Shown piece after piece: positions 51,626 to 64,000 of a stretch of DNA of 64,000 bases. The stretch is from NCBI RefSeq assembly GCF_009914755.1, contig NC_060943.1; one strand, given 5' to 3'. Origin of the DNA: the human T2T-CHM13v2.0 reference genome, Homo sapiens. Below the pieces are notes generated by a model. That model was not told where the DNA came from. It searched no databases and saw nothing but the letters and a program-made list of their open reading frames with translations. Within the stretch, counting starts at the first letter, position 1; every line of letters begins with the position of its first letter. The position numbers were made by a program, and so were the translations under genes.

Positions 51626-52159
51626 GAACACGGATATTTTAAAAGAGTAATAAAACATTTTCAATTGGTCAGAGTTTTCCAATCTGAGAAGTCAACATTA
51701 TTTAGCTGAACTACCACTCTCCAAAACCTCTTACACTAATAGGATTTCTCTCTACTGCAAAACCTTACTTAAGCAATCCCTGAGATAACAGCAAAGGGCT
51801 TTCCATGTTTCACAGACTGTGTGGTCTCATTGCAAGTTACTTCCTGCTGGGTTGTGAAGAGATTCTGACAGCTTTCCCATATTTCTTACATTCACATGGC
51901 TATGAACTGTGATATAGTAAGATATGAGAAGCAAATGAAGTACTTCCTGCATCCTTTTTATAATCACAGGGTTTTACCCCAGTGTGAATTCTCACAAAGA
52001 TATCAAGGCTTGAGCAATGAAATAAGGTGACACCATATCCCTGGGATACACAGGTTCTTCCTCCAATGTGAGATTTCATGTTAACATTATGGCATGTGAG
52101 ATATTTAAAGGTTGCCATACATTCCCCTACATTCCCAGGACATTTGCAGTCTAATTTTA

Positions 52160-52225
52160 TTTTATTTTTTTTGAGACAGAGTCTTGCTTTGTCACCCAGG
52201 ATGGAGTGTAGGGGTCTTGGCTCAC
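52160..52225 (-). mobile_element. 5'-truncated Alu with 16-bp TSD
   Basis: TTGCAGTCTAATTTTA at 52144-52159 and 52226-52241. Confidence 0.9.
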
Positions 52226-52609
52226 TTGCAGTCTAATTTTAGATATGTAAGATGAGCCTCGTGGAATTAGTAAAAGCTTTCCCACGTGCCTTACAGCAGA
52301 AGTGTTCTCTACACTGTGAATTTTTATTCCTCATGTAAGGTATAAACATTTAATGAAATCTCTCCACATTACTAATAATGGAGCCTCAGTCCACTCTAAG
52401 TCACTAAATGTTGGGTGAAGTCACATTTATGACTTTCATAGTAAAAGAAACTTTCTCTTCTTGATGGTCTTTGATTTTCACAGGGCCTATCACCACAAGA
52501 GTTGGAAGTGAGTATTAAGATCTGATGAGCACTTACAGACTTCTTCACATGTCCTACATTCATAGAACGTCTCTCCTGTGATTGCTTTTGTGTTTACACT
52601 AACACTAAT

Positions 52610-52730
52610 GATAGCTAATGAACGGAAAAAATAATCACAAAAAAATTTTATTATGTTTGAAGAAAGCTTAAAAATTTGTGTTGGTCTGCATTCAAAGCCA
52701 TCCTGGCCTGCGGGTTGGACAAGCTTGATC
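52610..52730. mobile_element. MER30-like DNA transposon fragment
   Basis: CATTCAAAGCCATCCTGGCC...GGGTTGGACAAGCTTG. Confidence 0.6.
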
Positions 52731-52754
52731 TAAAGCTTTTCCCAAGTTCCTCAC

Positions 52755-53153
52755 AGTATTAGTTTCCTAGGGTTGCTGTACAAAATAACAGACTGAATGA
52801 TTTAACCAAGAGAAATTTATTGCCTCACAGTTCTGGAGCCTGGAAGTGCAATATCAAGGTGGAGACAGGGTTGGTTTCCTCTGGAGGCCATAATGAAAGC
52901 ATCTGTTCCAGGTCTCTGTCCTTGGCTTGTAGATGGCCATCTTCTGGTGGATCCACACAGTCTTCTCCATGTGTATCCTTCCTTCAGTTTCCCTTATAGG
53001 GACACCAGTGATGTCAGATTAGGGATCGAACCCAACAACCTCATTTGAAGTTACTCACCTGTTTGAAAACCCTATGTCCAAATACAGTTATAGTGTAAGG
53101 AACTAGGACTTAGGGCTTACAAATATGGAGTGGGGCATCATCCAGACCATACC
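52755..53153 (-). mobile_element. MLT1 (MaLR) LTR, sense to ZNF266, with AATAAA at 52821-52816
   Basis: GTATTAGTTTCCTAGGGTTGCTG...AAATTTATTGCCTCACAGTTCTGGAG is the reverse complement of the MLT1 3' end. Confidence 0.8.
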
Positions 53154-53189
53154 ATTTAAATTGCAGGGTTTCTCTCCAATGTGAGTTCA

Positions 53190-53360
<171 letters not shown>

Positions 53361-53477
53361 TCATTAAGACCTGAGATACAAAGTTGCTTCCACATTTTTA
53401 CATTCATAGGGTTTCTCCCCAGTGAGTTTTCATGTCTTCAGAGAGAACAGGGACACCTTTAGGTTTTCCCACATTCC

Positions 53478-54923
53478 TTATGCTGACAGTCTCTCATCCG
53501 CATGCCTTCTTTCATGATTTCGAAAGGAACTGGAAGAACTGAAGGCTTTCCCGCACTCCTTACATTCATAGGGTTTCTCTCCAGTGTGAGTTCGTTCATG
53601 TAACTGAAACGAATTGGAGTAACTGAAGGATTTCCCACACTGTTTACATTTGTAGGGTTTTTCTCCAGTGTGGATCCGCATGTGAAGGTTAACACACGTG
53701 GGAAACTTAAAGGCTTTGCCACATTCCATACACGTGAATGGTTTTTTGGCGCTGTGGGTCCGCATGTGATTATTAAGACTGGAGGAATGCGTAAATGCTT
53801 TACCACATTCCAGGCACTCAAAGGGCTTCTCTCCAGTGTGAATTCTCAAATGTCCACTAAGATTTGAAGAAATAGCAAAGGCTTTCCCACATTTGACACA
53901 TTCAAAAGGCTTCTCTCCAGTGTGAGTTCTTGTATGTTCACTAAGGCGAGAGGATCTGGCAAAGGCCTTTCCACATTCCTTACATTCATAGGGCCTCTCT
54001 CCACTGTGAGTTCGTGCATGCTTAGTAAGGTCTGAGTTCTGAGTGAAGGCTTTCCCACAATCCTTACATTTATAGGGTTTTATTCCAGTGTGAATTCGAA
54101 AGTGATCACTGAGGCATGAGGAATTTCTAAAGGATTTTCCACATATCTTACATTCAAAGGGATCCTTTGCAGTGTGAGTTTTTAAATGTTCAGTAAGTTG
54201 AGAAGATCTAGTGAAGGCTATCCCACATTCCTTGCATTCATAAGGCTTCTCACCCACATGGATTTTCATATGTTGACTTAAGCAAGAGGAAACAGTGAAG
54301 GCTCTCCCACAATCCTTACATTTATAAGGTTTCTCTCCAGTGTGAGTTTTTCTGTGCTGAGTAAGTTGACAAGACCTGGTGAAGGCTTTCCCACACTCCT
54401 TACACTCATAGGGATTGTCTCCAGTGTGGGTTCCCATGTGAATATTAAGGTATGCAGAATATCTAAATCCTTTTCCACATTCCTTACATTTGTAGGGTTT
54501 TTCTGACCTGTGAGTTTGTATACGCACAGCAAGGTCTGTGGAGTGAATAAAGCCTCTCCCACATTCCTTCCATTCATGGAGACTTTCTCCATTGTGAGTT
54601 CTTAAATGTCCCTGAAGGTGTGAATGATTAATGAAGGATTTCCCAGAGTCACTGCAATCAAAAGCTTTCTCTCCTGTGCACGTTCTCTGGCAAACAACAT
54701 CTGGGTTCAGGCTGAAGGCTTTTCCACACTGACTAAATACAGAACGTTGCTCTCCAGTAGAGGTTTTCTTGTGCAGAGTAAGGAAGTCTACTCCATACAG
54801 ATAACACTCAAATGTGTTCTCACTATTTTGAGTTCTCACATGTGTCTTAAGGCATGAGTGTTCACTGGAGACATCTCCACATTGCTTAACATCACTGACC
54901 TCCCCTCCGTTGTGGCTTCCTAT
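53478..54923 (-). CDS. ZNF266: ZNF266 C2H2 zinc-finger exon (12 intact plus several degenerate fingers)
   Basis: Acceptor TTATCAACAG|ATA; frame of ORF 53478-54983; ends HERRHADERLSA*. Confidence 0.97.
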   Translation of the reverse strand: MGSHNGGEVSDVKQCGDVSSEHSCLKTHVRTQNSENTFECYLYGVDFLTLHKKTSTGEQRSVFSQCGKAFSLNPDVVCQRTCTGEKAFDCSDSGKSFINHSHLQGHLRTHNGESLHEWKECGRGFIHSTDLAVRIQTHRSEKPYKCKECGKGFRYSAYLNIHMGTHTGDNPYECKECGKAFTRSCQLTQHRKTHTGEKPYKCKDCGRAFTVSSCLSQHMKIHVGEKPYECKECGIAFTRSSQLTEHLKTHTAKDPFECKICGKSFRNSSCLSDHFRIHTGIKPYKCKDCGKAFTQNSDLTKHARTHSGERPYECKECGKAFARSSRLSEHTRTHTGEKPFECVKCGKAFAISSNLSGHLRIHTGEKPFECLECGKAFTHSSSLNNHMRTHSAKKPFTCMECGKAFKFPTCVNLHMRIHTGEKPYKCKQCGKSFSYSNSFQLHERTHTGEKPYECKECGKAFSSSSSFRNHERRHADERLSA

Positions 54924-55215
54924 CTGTTGATAAAGGAATGAATGATGATTAAAGGACGGTTCAGATTGATTAACAGATTCCACTCATCTGAAGAGAGGAA
55001 CACTGTGATGATTATTATCATGTTTACCATTTTCATTACACACATATAAGTAATGCCCTTTTGATTTCTTTCCAGCGGAATGACAAAAAACTCCTGCCAG
55101 GCTGTGCCATCTACTCTAATCTCAAATGTCTGTAGAGTTTTATGAAATTGTCTTAAAAACTCACTATCTAGTTACAAATGTGTACTTGAGGGGAACTCTA
55201 AAACACCTAAGTGTT

Positions 55216-57958
<2,743 letters not shown>

Positions 57959-58024
57959 GTTTCCTCATTATACTTATAAACATACTGAACTTATTGACCA
58001 GGGCGGTCCTTTGTGAACACTCAC

Positions 58025-58105
58025 CTTGGAAATCACCTCTCTGCACTGTCCTAGACTCTTCTTGTTCCAGCCAAGAGATCAGACTGGGTTTGAAGAGCTG
58101 ATATC
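58025..58105 (-). CDS. ZNF266: ZNF266 KRAB-B exon
   Basis: [27 protein letters not shown]; CACAG| and |GTGAGT. Confidence 0.95.
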
Positions 58106-58600
58106 CTGTGCACAAAGAAAGATACATTACCAGAAGAGGCTCATGCAAGAGATGATAAATCTTTCCACAACTCAGGAGATATAGTTCCAATGGAAGCAGT
58201 GAAATTATTTTAAAAGGGCTAAAAATGCAAATATCGTCTGTCTGTGCCCCCAAAAGATTGGTGATCTCTGATCCCTGAAGCCCAAATCCAGGCTGATGTA
58301 CACACTTACAAAGCACTAAGACTTTTATCCAAATAGGAAGTTAAGTGAAACAAAGAGATCTTCATTCTCATGGGAAACAACTATACATCTCATTCTTCAA
58401 CATTATAGCACATCAGATTCATGAGAGCTTGTTAAAACACAGATGACAGGGGCCCTGTTGCAGTTTCTCACTGAGTATGTCAAAGGTGGAGACTGAGAAC
58501 ATACATCTCCAACAGTGCTGGTGATGCTCTTCATCTGACACCACATTTTGAGAATCACCAAGTAGATGAAACCCTATTAGGGCAGGGACTATGTCTGTTA

Positions 58601-58828
<228 letters not shown>

Positions 58829-59413
58829 CTAAACCATCACACACATGCTGGCTTGAGCCACAAAACATGTCTACCAGTGTTCACTGCAAAATGCAATACC
58901 TACAGAGTCTGAGGGCTCACATTGCCCACCCCAGGAGGTCCTCTCTATCCACACTCACTCACTGTCAGTCCCCTCCAGTGACACGGCTTGAATGGCACTT
59001 CTTACACATGATTGTATGTAACACAACCAGACTGGGAGGTCATCTGATTTCCCTCCACTGCAGCACACTCTTGAGCAGATGCTAGATAAACACTGATGAA
59101 TGGAAAGATTATCTCAAAGGATACTTTCATGTCCCTTACCATGTGTCAGAACACTCAACAAAATAAAAACTATGCAGTTGGGACCATGAGGGAAGACTAA
59201 TTAATCAATATTGAAATACTGGGATGACATTCAAGGCAAACCCTCACCAATATGACAGGCTCCACTCCTTCCGGGAATTCGACTAGGGACTCAGTCCTTG
59301 AAGCAGGCTTTATTTGCTTTAAGAAGCTCTGAAGATAATTCTGTGTAGAAGGAAATGTGTCTACCTGGTGATGCAAGTATGATATTTTGGAGAAGGATAT
59401 ACTTCCTGCATAC

Positions 59414-59496
59414 CTGATAACAATTTGTCAGACAGTCAGCCACCACCCTTTCTACTTCTGTCTTTTCTTGAAGGCAGACTGGGTCCCTGTAAAGAC
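59414..59496 (-). CDS. ZNF266: ZNF266 pre-KRAB exon
   Basis: GLYRDPVCLQEKTEVERVVADCLTNCYQ; in frame only with the GAG acceptor at 59499-59497; donor CAG|GTATGC. Confidence 0.8.
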
Positions 59497-59814
59497 CTCA
59501 TGGAAAAGAAAGAAGGCATGAGAACCCAGGGCTGACGATAATTCCCACATTCACGTACCCCAAAGTCATTCCATCCTACTGTGAGATTCCCATATACTCC
59601 CCCACACTCAAGAAAACACACACATACACACCACCGCTATCAATTCCAGGGCACTACTGCCTCACGTAAAGGCAAAAAAAAGGATAGTCAGCCATGCTGC
59701 CCACTGGGAAAAGGGTAACAGTCTTATTTTACAGATAAGGAAAACTTCTCTTCCCTGGAAAGACACAGCACCTCTTCCCAAAGCACACACAGCAGGGGGC
59801 TGATGAAGTATTCT

Positions 59815-60256
<442 letters not shown>

Positions 60257-60260
60257 TTAC

Positions 60261-60285
60261 CATAGGACAAATCAGTGGCTGCCAT
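60261..60285 (-). CDS. ZNF266: ZNF266 first coding segment (MAATDLSY), in exon about 60414-60261
   Basis: GGGATGG Kozak context, donor ATG|GTAAGT; full join gives 616 aa. Confidence 0.8.
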
Positions 60286-60648
60286 CCCACAGGGCTGATG
60301 GCTGAATGTGCTTCAAAGCACCTTTCCTTTACTCCAAGGATCACTCCAGGACAGCTTAGGAATCTACACGGACAGAGGTAACCTCCATTCTCTTTATCCA
60401 GGGTTAACGGTATCCTGTTTGTATAAATCATTAATCAACAAGCATTACTTATCAGTCATCAGACATCATTAGCACTCTCTCTGCAGAGCATATAGAGGAA
60501 AAGACACTGAAAACGGTGTACACTACAAATAGTAGGAAGACCAACTTCCACTACTGAGGAACAGTGTGTGTCAGAAGTCACACTAGCAGCTTTATATACT
60601 CGCTTAATTATCATAACCACCCTTTACAGTAGATATCAATGACCCCTA

Positions 60649-60988
<340 letters not shown>

Positions 60989-62039
60989 CTACAATCAGAC
61001 AACACTTGGATTTGGTCCAGAATCATCCAGTTTGGAAGTTGTGAACCAGGACTTGAACATAGGCAATTTTGTCCCTGACACCCAATCTGTGGCTGCTCTT
61101 ACTTTCCCACATGACCAGCGTTAGTCTAAACCTGCACAGTACAACACCATGGTCACTACCCACATGTGTTATTGAACACCCACTCCATATAAACCGAGTA
61201 TGACCCAACAATAGAATGTATTTTAATAAAATTTATACAATTAAAATAAAATTTAATAAAAATTAATCACAATCTTTAATAAATCAAACACAGAACAACA
61301 GTGCAAATGCTGATTGACAGAATGGAATCTGAACGATGAAAATCACTGAAAACTGAACAGTTCATTATCCATGAACCAGATACACCCCCACAAGGACGCT
61401 ACAGCCTTTATTCTACGAATGAGAAGGCTGAAACTCTGAGGTCACACTGGGTTACAGAAACCCCATGTCTAGACTCCTGGTGTAGATTGTACCCACTACC
61501 ATGGGTTTCAAACTGGGGATCCTTAGGCTGAAGAGGGCCACAAATGTGTTTAATTTGGTGAAATCTAAACCAATTATGTTATTTTAAACTTGAAATATAA
61601 TTAATGTACAATTAAAAGTACAGATCTTAGGTATTCAGTGGATGAATTTTGACAATCGCATACACTTGCGTAATCAAAAGCCTAAACAAGATATAAAACA
61701 TGTTCGTCTCCCCATGAAAACCTTCTTGCCCCTTCCAGTCTATCTTTTCACTCTCAACTCCAGATAAGCACTCTGTGATTTCCTTCATTTAGCAGACACA
61801 ACACTGGACAGGTAAATTAGGCAGTGTGCTCATCTCTCGCAAATGTACATCCTATCTTCATTTTTCTCTACTATTTAAATAACATGAGATAAAAATTCTA
61901 AAATCTCCCACTGCAACTGTGGACTTGTCTATTTCTTCTTGTGTATCTGTAATGTATACTCCTTTATACATCTTGTAACAACATTACTGGGTAGATAGAT
62001 ACACACATTGAACTTTCCTATTTTTGGAGCAACAAAACC

Positions 62040-62335
62040 TTTTTTTTTTTCTTTTGAGACGGAGGCTCGCTCTGTCGCCCAGGCTGGAGTGCAGTGGCGC
62101 GATCTCGGCTCACTGCAAGCTCCGCCTCCAGGTTCACGCCATTCTCCTGCCTCAGCCTCCCGAGTAGCTGGGACTATAGGCACCCGCCACCACACCCGGC
62201 TAATTTTTTTGTATTTTTAGTAGACACGGGGTTTCACCCTGTCAGCCAGGATGGTCTCGATCTCCTGACTTTGTGATCTGCCCGCCTCGGCCTCCCAAAG
62301 TGCTGGATTACAGGCGTGAGCCCCTGCACCTGGCC
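62040..62335 (-). mobile_element. Alu (AluY-like)
   Basis: CpG-rich with GCAAGCTCCGCC and TTCACGCCATTCTC diagnostics. Confidence 0.92.
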
Positions 62336-62359
62336 ACAACAAAACCTTTTATCATAAGG

Positions 62360-63895
62360 AACTCTGCGAGTCTCTAGGAATGTTCTTGGATGATGCTGGG
62401 TGACACTGCAACTTGCTTTTCTTTGTGGAGTCTCTGTATCTCATGGGCAGCCTTAGGTATCTTTGGGTGCCAATGTTCCCCTTGACCTGGCATGGAGCCT
62501 AAAGGCACCCAGTGATGGCTGGACAGACAACTGAGATCCTTCTCAACACTGTTAAAGTACACCCAGACTACAGCCCCATCACAATTCATAACACAATATG
62601 CATCTGAGTTCTGAGGAAATGCATTGAACTACTCAAAGAATGCAAGGGTGACAGGAATACTGTCTCTTTCTATGCACTTAGCCACCACCCATGGCCTGTC
62701 TGCATACCAAAGACTGGTTTCCCCTGGCCACTTAATGTGGATATTTAGTGCTCTCAGTCTTGTATCCTTACTGGCACCCCAACTTCCTCTGCTCATGAGC
62801 ACAATAGCCAGGGTTGCCTGCATTCCAGAGGGCTGCTTCCTGCTTTCCCCGAGTCCAATGACTAGCTCTAGTACCCGCTAAAAGTGCAGAGCAGAAGCAC
62901 TACAGCCCCGCTAAAGGCTGACCCTGAAGGGGGCAGTACTAAAGGAAAATCTTCCGAGTGGCAAGAACTTCAGGCAGTGTATTGGCCTGCTTCTGGGTCT
63001 GGAGTAAGAGTTGACAAGATGCATGCATACACATACACAGATTCATCAAAAGTTGCCGATGGCTTGGCTGGATGGTCAAAAATGTGGAATGAACCAGAGT
63101 GGTAACAAGGAAACCTAGGAAAAGGTATATGGATGGACGTCTCTGAAAGGAAAGATTGTGTCCCACGTGAATGCCTGCCGTGATCCACTAGAAATAGAGC
63201 AGACAAAATCACGTGCTCTAAAGATACCTGTTACTTTACCTAGCTGCACCTCAGTGCTTGCTCAATGGGCCCATTAAAAAATGTTCATGACAGCAGGGAT
63301 AAAGGCTATGTTTGGGCTCAGCAATAAGGACTTCCCCTTACCAAGTCTGACCCAGCTAACATTACTGCTGGGCCTAATCTCCTGAAAGCAGAAATCAACA
63401 CTGAGCATCCAATACAGCACCATTCCTTAGAGGAGACCAGCCAGCCATGCTGTAATGGGCCCTCTTCTATCAGGAAATTGTCAAAGACTCATCCCCACCA
63501 GAACAGACTCACGTTCCGGTGTGGATCTGCCTTTCGACTAGTTAGGCTTCTGCTGGCACCACCACCCACGGAATCACAACATGCTTTATCAGTAGTCATG
63601 GCCTCCACACAACAGAGTTTCTAAACAAGCAAAGCATTTCACTGCAGAGGAAGTGCAACAATGGAAGCATGTCCTTGAAATCAACTGGTTCCATCACACA
63701 CCCCATCACTCAGAAGCAGTGGATCTACATGAAAAGTGGAATCGCATACTGAAAACTCAGTTATAGGGCCAAATGGGGGACAACCCTTAGAAAGGAATTC
63801 TGACTCATAGGTCAAGGTGTACGCTTTGAGTCATAAAGCCTTCCATGGTACTGTCTCCCCAGAGTCAGAATACATGGGTCCAAGAATTGATGAGT
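62360..63895 (+). mobile_element. ERV-L-class pol remnant (RNase H and integrase), intronic and antisense to ZNF266
   Basis: GKSSEWQELQAV and YTDSSKVADGLAGWS (RNase H); HTPHHSEAVDLHEKWN-like integrase segment. Confidence 0.8.
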
Positions 63896-63896
63896 A

Positions 63897-64000
63897 GGCC
63901 AGGCGCGGTGGCTCATGCCTGGAATCCCAGCACTTTGGGAGGCCGAGGCAGGTGGATCGTTTCAGGTCAGGAGTTCGTGACCAGCCCGGCCAACATGGTG
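63897..64000 (+). mobile_element. Alu (cut by window end)
   Basis: Alu left arm. Confidence 0.9.

Noticed and set aside
54924-54983. N-terminus MESVNQ of the 501-aa ORF as the real ZNF266 start
   Set aside because: Non-ATG start in intron sequence upstream of the acceptor at 54923

Overview
Primate (human-like) genomic DNA from a KRAB zinc-finger gene cluster; both proteins match my recollection of human ZNF177 and ZNF266 (19p13.2). ZNF177 is on the + strand: CpG/ETS promoter near 3.2 kb and five coding exons at 18531-22014 giving 481 aa (KRAB-A/B, 6 degenerate and 7 intact C2H2 fingers). ZNF266 is on the - strand, convergent: six coding exons at 60285-53478 giving 616 aa, or 549 aa from an internal ATG, with 12 intact fingers; its promoter lies beyond the window. 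The rest is mostly transposon-derived: about 40 Alus, a full-length but inactivated L1PA with TSD, old L1M pieces, an LTR-less internally deleted HERV-H, ERV-L/MaLR remnants and DNA transposons. Nearly all short ORFs in the track are repeat artefacts. I see no new multi-gene system. The best leads are (1) an orphan CpG-island promoter at about 47 kb that looks paralogous to the ZNF177 promoter but has no gene body, (2) a GAG/CAG acceptor choice that would switch ZNF266 between intact and truncated KRAB-A, (3) a 43-bp near-perfect inverted repeat at 330-425, (4) a HERV-H that starts at its primer-binding site, and (5) TE-derived cassette exons with uORFs in the ZNF177 5' UTR. Repeat family names and most repeat boundaries are by eye and approximate; exon boundaries were checked by splice signals and reading frame.
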